A DNA stretch of 64,000 bases. Source: Dimorphilus gyrociliatus (lineage: Eukaryota; Animalia; Annelida). The stretch's first letter is position 1. Each line of letters opens with the position of its first letter. The stretch spans positions 558,001-622,000 of the forward strand of contig CAJFCJ010000008.1 of assembly GCA_904063045.1 (NCBI GenBank), given 5' to 3'. Made by a program: the position numbers and the translations under genes. This document shows, in pieces, positions 12,075 to 24,905 of the stretch. The notes below the pieces were generated by a model. It was given only the letters and a program-made list of their open reading frames with translations. It had not been told where the DNA came from and ran no database searches.

Positions 12075-15000
12075 ATGATTGAAGAAAATGACGAAATTGA
12101 CTATATTACACTACATAGCCCTCGACCGGTTTACTTACATGGATATGTAGCACCTTTTATAATTATTTATTCTATTTGGGCTTATTGTTGGATATTTCTC
12201 ATCGGAGTAACGGAGTACTATGAAGCAGGCTTGATCGCTTTTGCTGGTATTGGAATCTGTCAGATTCTAATATGCTTATTTTGTCACTGGTCTGTCCACG
12301 TGAAAACGTTTATGACATGTTCGACGGTAAAAACAGTCATTTTTGTGTAAAAAATATTAATCGTTATAGTAAAATTTTTCATATTTTTTAGACTAAGGAT
12401 GTTTTAAGGGCACGACTCATAAAAGTCGTTCCAACTCCGAATAATGGATCTCCAGAACTTGTTCTCTTGCAAAAGGGACTACATCCAGTGACAGAGAAAT
12501 GTTACTTGTGGTTTTTTTTTCAAAAAACTAAATATTATTTTGATTTTGACGAGAAAAAGCAATTTAAACCTCAAGACTTTCCGATGGACTGGTCATTTGA
12601 AAAATATATGTCATGGAAAGGATACGAATCTGATGACAATATAAAGGAGGCTGAATGGACTTACGGAGCGAACAAGTATGTTTTAAAGCTTATTTATATT
12701 TAAATTAATTTAATTGAATATATAATCTAATTGCTTTTAGTATGAGGATGGATATACCCCAGTTTATAGAGCTGTTTAAAGAAAGAGCTACAGCTCCTTT
12801 TTTCGTCTTTCAAGTATTTTGTGTTGGTTTATGGTGTTTGGATGAATATTGGTACTACAGTGTATTCACTTTGTTTATGCTAGTGGCCTTTGAATGTACT
12901 TTGGTACAACAGCAACTTAGGAATATGTCTGAGATTCGTAAAATGGGTAATAAACCATATCAGATATCGGTAAATACATATAATCAATGACATTTAAGTC
13001 ATTTTTTTATAGGTGTACAAAAATATAATTACAATTATTTTCTCTTTTTAAATAGTGCTACAGGAATAGAAAATGGCGTTCGGTGAATAGTGATGAATTA
13101 ATACCAGGAGACATTGTATCCATAGGTAAGCAACGAAAAGGAAAGCCTTTGAAGTTTCCGCTATTTAGTTTAAAATATTACAGTATGTATTATAGATTCT
13201 TATAATTAAGTAACCTCTTTAGGGATGTGGTAAGAAAAAGAAAATCAAGAAAAGTTATTTTTAGAAATATCCTATTGTACAGAATTTTCGGTGCAAACAA
13301 TTGATTATAATGTTAAATTGTGTAGAAAACATGATCAAATAACTTTATTTTGTACGTTTTTTTATTTTAAACAGGTCGATCGGATAGTGATAAGCTTGTT
13401 CCCTGTGATATGTTATTGCTGAGGGGACCGTGTATTGTGGACGAATCTATGTTAACTGGCGAAAGCGTTCCCGTAATGAAAGAACCTATTGAATCGCATG
13501 ACAGTAGCACGTATTTTGATATAGGCGCTCATGGTAAATTACATGTTCTGTTTGGAGGAACGAAAGTTGTCCAGCATACTCCTCCGGCGAAAACCGGAGC
13601 TGGAATGAAAGGTGATAGTTCATAAAATAATAAATTATTCTTAATACTTAATTTTCAATAATTTCAATTTTTACATACACTACAGCAAGTGATAATGGTT
13701 GTATCGCCTTTGTTTTACGTAGTTCCTTCAATACATCACAAGGAAAATTATTAAGAACAATATTATACGGTGTTAAACGTGTTACTGCTAATAATGTAGA
13801 AACATTCTTATTTATTCTCTTTCTCCTAATTTTCGCTATTATTGCTGCTTCCTACGTATGGATTAAAGGTGTGGATAAATTTTTAATTAGTTTATTTTAA
13901 TTCTTCTTACGATGCCATTTTTAAAATTTTAGGTACTGAGGATCCAAAGAGAAACAGATATAAATTATTTTTGGAGTGCACGCTCATCCTCACATCAGTT
14001 GTGCCTCCGGAATTACCTATAGAACTTTCCTTAGCTGTAAACTCCTCTCTTATAGCGCTTAGCAAACTCTTTGTATTTTGCACGGAACCTTTTAGGATAC
14101 CATTTGCTGGTAAAGTTGATATTTGTTGCTTCGATAAAACTGGCACTTTGACTAGTGACAATCTTGTCGTAGAAGGAATTGCTGGATTAACGTAAGGATT
14201 TATTATCTCTTTTACTTGACATTTAATTTTTCATTATTATTTTTATTCAGTGATAGCACCGACACGGAAATTAAACATGTCTCAAAATCACCAACAAAAT
14301 GTCAACATGTACTAGCAACATGCCATTCCTTAGCACAGCTTGGTAGCGATTTAGTCGGTGATCCTCTAGAAAAGGCAACATTATCGGCTGTTGATTGGAT
14401 ACTTACAAAAGGCGATGCTGTTATACCAAACAAACAAAAAGGCCATGGACTAAAAATATTTGTAAGATTTCATTTTTCTTCCGCATTGAAAAGAATGAGT
14501 GTAATTGCTGGTCATACGTTTGCTGGATCTGAGACTGAATATATTGTTACAGTCAAGGGTGCTCCTGAAATGCTTAAAGATATGTACTCTTCTGTTCCTC
14601 CTAACTACGAGAAAACGTATTTAGAAATGGCTAGACGAGGAGCCCGGGTTCTTGCTCTGGGTTATAGGAAACTTGGAGTTTTATCTCATCAACAGGTTCG
14701 CGATTTGACCAGGGAATCTGTTGAAAAAGATTTAGAATTTGTTGGCTTCGTTATCATATCTTGCCCGTTGAAATCTGATTCAAAATCAGTCGTAAAGGAA
14801 ATAGCTAATTCATCTCATCTTGTTACAATGATCACTGGAGATAACCCTCTGACTGCTTGTCATGTAGCTAAAGAATTACGTATGATAAAACGAGAACAAA
14901 CCCTTATTCTGACAAATCCGAACAAGTTCCATGATGAATGGCATTGGCAATCAGTAGACGACAGTATAATTTTAGAGGTTAAAACAAGTGTTCAAACTCT

Positions 15001-16742
15001 AAAAACGAAATATGACTTGTGCCTAACTGGAGATGCTTTCCAATATTTAAGAACGAATGAAAATAAATTTTTGAATCAGATTCTTCCACTTGTCAGAGTT
15101 TTGGCTAGAGTTGCACCGAAGGAAAAGGAAGCAGTTATTACGACTCTTAAGGATTTAGGATTTGTTACTTTAATGTGCGGGGATGGAACAAATGATGTAG
15201 GGGCTCTGAAGCACGCCCACGTTGGTAAGTTTCGGAATGAAATGATGCTTTGAATTCTAAATGAAAGAACATTCATTTTTACATATTATTTTTTTTAAAA
15301 AGGTGTTGCTCTTTTGGCTAACGCCCCAGAAAAGCCACCAGGTGTTAAAGAAGAGAAGGTAAAAATCAAATGGTTCTGTAATGAAATAATAATAATTAAC
15401 TAATCATCTCTTTTCCCAATTTTATTTAGCCATCTTATACTAATCACGTAGTTGAACAAGAAGAGAAGAACAAAGATTTAAGAAATCGATCAAACAGTAA
15501 AACAAGCAAATCAAAAAGTCGTGAAATGGCATTCCAGGCTCATGCTGATGTAAGAATAGAATATAATTAGAAAGAAGTAGTTTAGAAACAATTAATTTTT
15601 ATTATTTTACAGAAGAAACTTGGAAATTTATTAAAGCAAATTGAAGAAGAGGATAAAGCCCAAGTCGTTCGTTTAGGGGATGCCAGTATTGCTTCTCCAT
15701 TTACCTCGAAATTATCAACGACTATGTGCGGTATGTATAATAGAATTGGATTATTCTATAATAGATTATTATTAATTGTTACATAATCTTTTATTGCATA
15801 GTTTGCCATATTATCAAACAAGGAAGATGTACTTTAGTAACGACATTGCAAATGTTTAAAATTTTGGCTTTGAATGCTTTAATTCTAGCATACAGCCAAT
15901 CGGTTTTGTATTTGGATGGTGTTAAATTTTCCGATACACAGGCAACACTTCAAGGACTCCTTTTGGCTGGATGCTTCCTATTCATTTCAAGAAGCAAAGT
16001 AAACTCGAATATATTTTATCTTTATATAAACTGCAAGTAATAATTTTAATTTATTTTTAGCCTTTAAAAATTTTAGCCAAGGAACGACCTTTACCAAATA
16101 TCTTCAACGTGTATACGATATTTACTGTTTTAGGCCAATTCGCCGTGCATTTCACTAGCCTAGTATATTTGAAGACGCAAGCGCAAACTTTAATGCCTAG
16201 GAATTCTACTGATGGTGCATACATCGATCTTGAAGCAGACTTCAAGCCAAATATTCTTAATAGTACAGTTTATTTGATATCAATTGCCATGCAAGTTACT
16301 ACATTCGCAGTAAATTATAAGGTTAACAGATTAGTTTTTTTATAAAAATTCTGTTTTTTTCTAGTGCAAAGACCTTTTTTGTAAACAAATGTAATTTTAT
16401 TCTCTTCAGGGTCATCCATTTATGGAATCACTTAGAGAAAATAAGCTTCTGCTTTACAGCTTGCTAGTATCAGGATTATCGGTTGTACTTTTGGCTTCGG
16501 GAGTTGTTCCAGGATTTGCTGAGAAATTTGAACTTGTTGAATTTGATCCATTGGTACGGCAATTAATTATAGAATTAATAATAATTTATATAATATCAAA
16601 TAAATGTTTAATTCATTTGTTTTTCTTATAAATATAGTTTAGGGAAAATATTCTCAAAGTGTTAGCAGTCGACTTTTTAGCTTCATTTGCTGTTGATAGA
16701 GTATTGGAGTTTATATTTGGTCCATCTAGGAAAAAGTCTTGA
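12075..16742 (+). CDS. ATP13A1: P5A-type ATPase (ER transmembrane-helix dislocase), multi-exon
   Basis: [47 protein letters not shown], phosphorylation site [30 protein letters not shown]. Stop TGA at 16740-16742. Confidence 0.97.
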
Positions 16743-17270
16743 TGAACTGCTCTCTACCTGTTTATCCTTTTGAATATGAAGCATACAGTTAGTTATGAAA
16801 AAAAAAATATGAATTTAGTGATTATTTTCAAAATGTATTTTTTTTTTGTTGTTCTTGTTCAACCTAAAATAAAGTTGGATACAAAATTTCTACTTGTTCA
16901 AATACAATCATTATATAAATAAAACTAAACGGAAAAATTAATAAAATAAAGAAAGAGAAGAAAATGATTGCAGGAGATTTATATTCTCTTATATTATCAT
17001 ACATACTTTGAAAAGGGGAAGATTGATCTTATCCCTTTAATGTTCATTTTTTTTTATTCATGATAAATATATATATAAATACGACATATTTTTTCGTATA
17101 AATTCATTTATTTTCGATAAAAGACAGCAGTTGATGAATTGCTTTTCTCCCAAATAATGATTATATTAATAAATACAATAATAGAGAAGAAGAGAAAGGA
17201 GATATTTTGTTTTTGTTTTTGTTAGATGAGTAAAAAGTTATCTATATATAAAAAAAAAGAAATGCATCTC

Positions 17271-20200
17271 TTAAAAATGTCTTAGTAAAGTATTAGCGTT
17301 TCCTCTTTCTTGTGGATTGTTCTTTAAGAATTTGTTTAGTTCGTCAGCTGTATCGAATATACGTACTTTGAATGGAGAGCCGGCGACGTGATGTTTTGTC
17401 CACATAACACTTACTAGATATAAACCCGTTTCTGTTGGTTCGTAATCGCATAGAATTGTTCTACTATACTCATCAACTGGTCGTAAGTTTACTTTGAAAG
17501 CCTTTCTTGGCCCTTTAACCTTTACTGACAATCTGCCTGGTCCGGCACCCTCTGTTTCTACTGTGAAAGATGACACGAAGGTAGGTAAAATTCCATTTTC
17601 GATGCCTTGTCCAAACACTCGAACCTTTGTAGCATCTGATGTTTTTACAAAGTTCATCTCATAAGGGCTACCAGGAATATGAACATCTGCGTATGTTATA
17701 TGAAGCATATGTTTTCCAGGTTCTTGTGCGTTAATCAGAAGATTAAATGTTCCATCTCTCTGATTCAATAATTGACATAGGGCCTCTCTAGTTAATCCCT
17801 CACATTTTACAACTAACTCGCCATTTCCGGCATTTTTAGTGTCAATAACTGTTACGCTCTCAGTTTCAAGGGTGGCTGACTCCAATTTTTCATAGTCACA
17901 GACTACTTTAGAGGCATCCGAATCTCGTTTTACATCTAATTTGAAAGGGGATCCTTGAACTTCGCTTTCACCCCATTTAATATAAACCAAATAGGCTCCG
18001 TGATGTTTCGGCTTATAAGAACATTTATAACGACCATCAAGTAATCTAGTCACTTTGGATATCAAAGCTGTTCTCACACCAACAATATCTACTTGGGGTC
18101 CCTCTGGATTTGTTCTTCTTAGTCTCTTTCCGTCAATGATAAATTCAGCATCCTCGTTTAATCTTGCTTCGTTTAGGCCTTTGCCTCTAATTGACACTTC
18201 GTTACTGTCCACTTCTTCTTGAGATGTTGCGAAGCCCATTTGAGGACAGCCAGCCACAATAATTCCATTCCATTTTGCAGTAATGTAGTATTCTCCAGCA
18301 ACATCTGGAGTGAAACTTATCGTATACCTTCCATTACCAATATCCTCATTCTCAACTGCAAGATTTCCTGTTGGACCTCGAACCTCGCCGATCAAAGTAC
18401 CAGGTGCTTCTGCTAGAAATTCTATAGTCTTTTTCTCTCCAAAAATCAAGTTTACTTTTTGATCATAATCCATGTGGGATTCCCATCCACCAACCACCTC
18501 GATTTTGTTGGGATCAATTATATTAGGGGTCCAAGGACTTCCTGGAACATTCTTCTTGTTTACCATTATTGTTATTCTATGCTCTCCAAGTATTTTCGGG
18601 GTGAAGGTAACCAAAATATTATTATTATCGTCTTTGACAAAAGTATTGTCCAGTATGGTCTTGTTGTCAGCTACTATAATATCTAAGTCACCGACAACAT
18701 CATTAGTTACCACCTTGAATTCGCTGGGTCTACCAAGATAGCCTTGTATTAGGCCATCACCGGATACCTCAACAGCACCTTCTTCTCTATCAACTGCATT
18801 CGTAATGAAAGGAGCACCAGGAACATGAATATCACCCAAAGTAATGTAAACTTTGTATGCTCCAGCTTCAGAGAGGGAATATGATATTTTAAATCCATCT
18901 GCAACTTCTTTGCTGCTGTACGGAACAACTTCACTCTTGGGAGAGTGAATAGTTAGACCAAGTTCAGCATTTCCAGCCTTAGCAATATTGATTTTTAATT
19001 CACTTTCCTTTGTTACAGTTCCACTTTTTGAATATTCAACCAAAACTTTAGTTGGGTCATAAACATGCACTTGAAATGGCTCCCCTCCTACATAATTTTC
19101 ACCATATAAAACCTCAATCACGTGATTTCCAGCCTGAACTGGAGAATATTCCAATAGATATTTGCCAGGAGCCTCAGGACTAAATTTATAAGGCATTGGA
19201 TCTCCATTGGGAGCTTTGAAAAAGTTTAACACATCAAAAAGGTAATTCTATTGAAAAAAGACACTATACTTACTGTGAATATCAATAGTAAGATCAGCAA
19301 CAGATAGTGGTACGTCAGGACATAGCAAACGAAGCCAATTCATTTTGTGAGCAGGAACAAGGTTCGGCGTCTCTTGATCTATATAGATATAATTGGTTTG
19401 ATCAAGCATTGTAACCTCTCTAGGACAGTCAGGTACTGGACGTAAATTGAACATAACATTGATAAAATGATTATGTATTCTTTCAACTCTATATTTGTAC
19501 TTGTGGTGTGTATTGTCCAACTTTTGCCTAATAGTTTTTACTAATTGACCCAAGCATAAAACCTCCACATCCAAATCTCCATCTCCAGCTTCGCTTGTAT
19601 CCACAACAAAAGATAATTCATCCCCAACACGGCCATCGACCTCAATGGCCTGTAATTTTACTCTGGATACGTCGTAAACTGAACAAGTAAATGGAGAATC
19701 TGCTACTTTACGACCCGCACATTGAGCAATGACAATGTAATTTCCAATCATTTTCGGAATAAACGCCACTGTGAGAGAGTTTCCACTTTGGGAAAGTTCG
19801 CTCTCTTCCTCGCCTCCAAGAGGATTGAAAATTTTAGTAAAGATATCTTCGAATTTTGCTTCTCCAATATTGATATCGAATTGTACATGCTTATTAATAG
19901 GAACAGGATAAACGCTATCCCAATTAACTCTAACCGCTTTATTATCGAAAATATGACAAACAAACGGAGATCCTTCGACGAGTTCTTCATTAAATTCAAT
20001 ATCAACGTTGTGAGGCGTTTCGTCGATAGGAACAAATACAATCTCGAAAATTCCATTACCTAAGAATTTTAGCTTGTATTAAAAACTAATAAGTCAGCAA
20101 AATAAAGTCATTACCTCTATCGTAAAGTTTCGCTGAAACTGTTTTATGATTCTTTGTTTCAACATGAACTGTTAGAGTACCTTCTCCAACTCTGGCAGCG

Positions 20201-22132
20201 TTTACCTCAAAACTAACTGGTTTACCAACTAAACCAGTTTTTATTCCCTTTACCTTAATTTGGCTAAGATCATAAACTTCCGTAGTAAATGGACTACTTT
20301 TAATTTCAATATCGGATACGCTACACTTAATAACGTATTTCCCAACTTCTATTGGAATATATTGAATTTCCCAAGCATTTTGGGAAATTTTCTTTTTATT
20401 TACGTCAATTACGTAACCATTTGGTGAAGTTATGTAGAAGTCTATTTTCGGATTTGGATCCTCAAAGTTGGGTGGAGTTTTGAGAACTAACGTAGCCATT
20501 TTATTAATAGGAGCATAGTCAAGAGTTTTACCTTCAACTGTAAATTCATTTTTATCAAAGACTTTACAAGTGAATGGACTACCCGGTATAGATTCATCGT
20601 TAAAAGTAACAAAAATGTCGTGTACCCTAGCTACTTCCGGTGTAAATGTAGCAATATAGCTGCTTACTTCTTTGTTAGATTTCTTCATTGTATTTGGTAC
20701 AGTTTTACCATCAATTTCAAATTTTACAGCCAATTTTCCAGATCCAGCTCCGTCGGTTTTAATCGTAAATGAGAAACTTTCACCAACGAATGCCTTCTCC
20801 ATTTTTGAGATTGTAACTGCACCAGGATTGAATGCTTTGATTTTAAATGGCGATCCAAAAATTTCTTCATCCTTATATGAAATCCTAATAACATGACCGC
20901 AAGGTTTGATTGGTGTATATTCCACATGATATCCACCTTGATCAGATGATCTTACGTAATAGGAAACATCGTTATTTTCGGCGTCTAATCAGCATAAATA
21001 ATCGACATGTTAACGAAATGTAAAATGAAGAGTATTTTTAATAGAATTCCTTACCAAGTATGGTAACTTTTAAATCATTTCGATAAACTTCTTGTGGTGT
21101 CATAATCCTAAATGACGCTGTCCTATTACATTCAATAATTTCAGAATTACAGTGATAGCTGATTTTAGCTAAATCAACTCTATCTGAAATATTGCCATTG
21201 GATTTTGACTCAGCCTTTACGGTCGAAGCATCAGTAGTAGTCCTAGTAGTAGTTGTCGAATAACTTGTCTCTGATTTTTCTACGGTACTGGATGTTTGAA
21301 TAAGAGTAGCACTGTCTTTTTCGGATGTGACGATTCGAGGTGCAGCTACAGGATAAGTAGGAGAAGTAGTTGATGAAGGGGGAAGGGCAGGAGACGGACC
21401 GGCATGGACAGAAGGAGTAACGATTGGACGATCGTTTTCTAAGGCAAATTGAGATGATATGATGATTCAAAAATTTTTACTTAAGATTTAATAGAAACTG
21501 ATTTTTTACATACTTGCTTTTGTCTGTTTTGTATCAATTATTTCTGGTGGACTTGTCTGAATTACAATATCCTCTTCATCTTTGATAGCTAAAAGGCTAA
21601 CAGCACCTTTCTTATTAGTTTTGTGCTCAAAGTTCATAGGAGAATTTGAATTTGTTGGTATGGAAGGATTTTCAACTTTTTGAGCTAGAACTTCTTCCAT
21701 TGAAACGGTAGTGTTGACAACAATTCCAGAGGTGGGTCTGTCCTTTACGTCTTGTTTTGCCGATTTTGAACTAAACACGTGAAGTTCGTTGAAGCCTTCC
21801 GTATCGTTGTGAACTTCAACTGTATTGTTATTCGTTGGTCTCGGAACAGGAACTGGTTTGTAAGGTCTATCAACCGATTGGGAATATTCAGGAACAAATT
21901 CGTTTTCTTTGACACGCCCAGGTCCTGGTAATTGGAAATTTAGTGTACTTGATTCCTTTTCTTTTGCCTTTTCTTCCTTTTCTTTCCAAGTCTTTCTACC
22001 AGAAGTAAACATTATATTTTTCCCCTTAGCAGGAGTTTCAGATTTCTGCGAAACCTTCAAAGGAATGTCAGTTTTAGCGAATAATTTCGAAAATCGACCT
22101 TTCGAAGACTTTTTCTTTGTTACTTCCGCCAT
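17271..22132 (-). CDS. jbug: Filamin-repeat (Ig-like) protein of the jitterbug/FLN-2 type, about 13 repeats, low-complexity N-terminus, no CH actin-binding domain seen; multi-exon
   Basis: Repeated GAG.G.L.V...P...G.Y.I.V...G..IPGSPF units. The C-terminal repeat GILPTF..FTVETEGAGPGRLSVKVKGP...TILCDYEPTE.G.Y..MW..HVAGSPFKVRIFDT.DEL..FL resembles Drosophila jitterbug as recalled. Confidence 0.85.
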
Positions 22133-22744
22133 AATTAATTAAGAATTTCCTCGTAAATAACTTTCAATTACTACCAAATCACCTCTGGGAGTGCTACAAG
22201 GCGTGATCTCGTAGTAAGGCACGCCCTGACCAACTTTTTATTACATATGAGCAATACCTTTGCGCTCATTCAAGCATTCCTTAATCACAAAGGGGTTGTA
22301 TACGTACAAGCTTAAGGCCTTAATTCATAATATTTGAGTAAATATAAAAAAATCACGTGATATATTATTCAAAGAATACTTTATAAATGAAGAAGATATA
22401 TTATATATATACAATTTATAAAGATAATATGATAAATTTACTTTATTAGGTTTTGAAATATACTTTTTTTTTTTTTAAAAAAAACAAAAGTTGTTGAAAA
22501 CTCTAAATTCTGAACAGCTGTTCGATAGAGTCGACTTTTTTTAAATTTTATTTATTTTCTTCAGTTTCCTTCCCACTTTATCTTTTTATATTTGTAGAAT
22601 ATGCGTGTTAAATCTATATCAATATAAAATTTATTGAGTTTTTTTTGTTGAACAATCACGAAACATTAAAGAATATATAAACGTGAATAATACATTTATG
22701 TAATTCATATTTTCATTCAAAAATACTTTATAAAAGTGAAAAGA

Positions 22745-23675
22745 ATGTTCAAGTTAATTATTTATTGCGTAATTTCTTTTTCAGCGTTAACTTTGGCTTT
22801 AAATTCAGAGTATTTAAATTCATTTCAAAAGGATAAATTTTGTCAATTTACCCAATCTGAACAATTATATAGTACAATTAATAGAAATAATTACCTCGAA
22901 CTAATCTTAACCGAATCTCTATGCAATTTGAATTTGGTAATTATTTTAATGAATATTCATAAGCGTAGAATATTATATTTATCTTTTTGTTTTCATAGTT
23001 AAATTCATATGTTTGTAAAAGTGAAGTTAATAGAATTGAGAAATTTAAGGATTTCTTCTGGGAAGAGAATCAACCTATTCTTAAATCTTATTTTACAAAT
23101 ATCTTCCTAGATAAAGAGGTAAGAGATTAATAAGCCTATAAAAATGAAAAATGCATATTTGAAATTGATATAAAAAGGAAAGTTTGCAAAGTTTGTTCTG
23201 GAAAATATTGAAAAATCAATTAGAGATGGCAAAGATTAAAGTTATAAGAGAATATCCAAAATATAAGGCAACTTTGGAGAGAATTATTTGGCAATCTGGT
23301 CTTAAAGTTTGCTCTACTTACGCTCATTCAATGAATTTATGTTTTGGTAATAATAAACAATATAATCTACAATTCTATGACAAATGTTCGCAAATTGTTG
23401 CGTCTTTATCTCGTGGAAATGATTCAATAAGTTTTCATCAGGAGAAGAGTAATATAGAAAGTTACGGCGCTCAGAGAGTATCCTATATGCTAATTAAATT
23501 GCCTGAAAATTACTTTATACCATCTGTACCGAATACGCTTAGGCACCTTTGCATATTATTTAATCCTAACGAAAGTTTATTTCAACAATCGAAAAAGACG
23601 AATAAAGATAAAGAAAATCCCGAAAAAAGAGTTAAGAATAGACCGGAAGGAAACGAAAAAGGAATTCAAAACTAA
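22745..23675 (+). CDS. Unknown, probably secreted protein (signal peptide, about six Cys, basic tail), about three exons
   Basis: ATG 22745 MFKLIIYCVISFSALTLA. Donors TTG|gtaatt and GAG|gtaaga allow an in-frame join to the 163-codon ORF ending at 23675. No recognisable domain. Confidence 0.45.
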
Positions 23676-24032
23676 TATCGTTATGTTAGTTTGTAAATGA
23701 AAACAAAAAAATACATTTCATAAATTCAAATATCTAGGCTTTTATTTTATTTCGCAATTCACCTAGTATAGGCCTAAAAAAGAAAATTCAATATAATTTA
23801 GATTTACAAGATAAAGTTACAATTATTAGCCTTAAATGATAGATTAAGGGAATATATTTATATTTGAGCTATAAGTAAGAAAGAATTAAATAATAGAAGA
23901 TAACAATCATCAATTATCTTTTGATTCTCTCTCATTCTTCACCTTCTTTCACCTTCTTTCTTTTTCTTTCAATCAACTCTAAAAGCAAGAATCTTATTTG
24001 TCTTCGTGACTTTTCAACGTTTAGCGCAGGAT

Positions 24033-24858
24033 ATGGTAAGTATATAAATTCTGATAATAAACATTTAAGATAATCAATATAATATTCGCTTTTCTTTCTC
24101 TATAAATGTGAATCAAATAAAAACTATTGCTATGCAGGCTTGCTACAATCTTAACGAAGAGGAAAAGCAAAGTTTCTATTATAGTACTATTATTAAATTT
24201 TAACGAATCACCTGTTTTCTTATTCACTTTTATTAGATTGTAAAAGAATATTTTCGTATTTTGAGCATAAAAACGATGGTTTAATAAATAAGAATGACGT
24301 TGGTATGGTATTAAGAGCGTCGGGAAGAAATCCAACTGAGGAAGAGTTGAATGAAATATTGAATGACTTTGAAAAATGTAATAAGATTACATTTTCCCAG
24401 ATATTAGTTATGATGGATAAAACGTTTAAGCACGATCAAGGTGAATCAGATGATTTTAATGAAGAGGAAACGATTGAAAGGGAGGAAGAAGCACTTGTTG
24501 AGGCTTTTAGCATTTTTGATAAAGTATATTTCTACACCTGTTAATAAACTCTTATAAGTATATATAATTTTAATAAAACAAAAGGCTAAGGATGGCTTTA
24601 TAGGCGTTCGAGAATTGAGAAGGATCATTACAGATCTGGGTGAAGGATTATCAAATGAGGAGGCTGACAATTTAATAAAACAGGCAGACAAATCAAAGAA
24701 TGGCCAAGTAGATTATAGAGGTAAAAAAATATTGTTGAATGATTACTTATCAAGTCTGTTTCTCTCTCTCTCTGTCTCTCTCTCTCTCTTATCCTATGTA
24801 TATTTTTTTTATCTTATTCACAGAATTTTCAAAATTGATCATTAAATCAATGAAATAA
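24033..24858 (+). CDS. Divergent calmodulin-like EF-hand protein, multi-exon
   Basis: ATG followed directly by gtaagt (calmodulin-type first intron), then ACYNLNEEEKQ, VGMVLRASGRNPTEEELNEIL, EAFSIFDK..DGFIGVRELRRIITDLGEGLSNEEADNLIKQADKSKNGQVDYREF. Stop TAA at 24856-24858. Confidence 0.8.
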
Positions 24859-24905
24859 TAAAATAAAATTTGCTTTCACAAACGAAACGAATTCAATTTA
24901 CAAAG

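Noticed and set aside
22200-22227. Small hairpin GGCGTG-N14-CACGCC upstream of the filamin start
   Set aside because: A 6-bp stem is expected by chance, with no further support.
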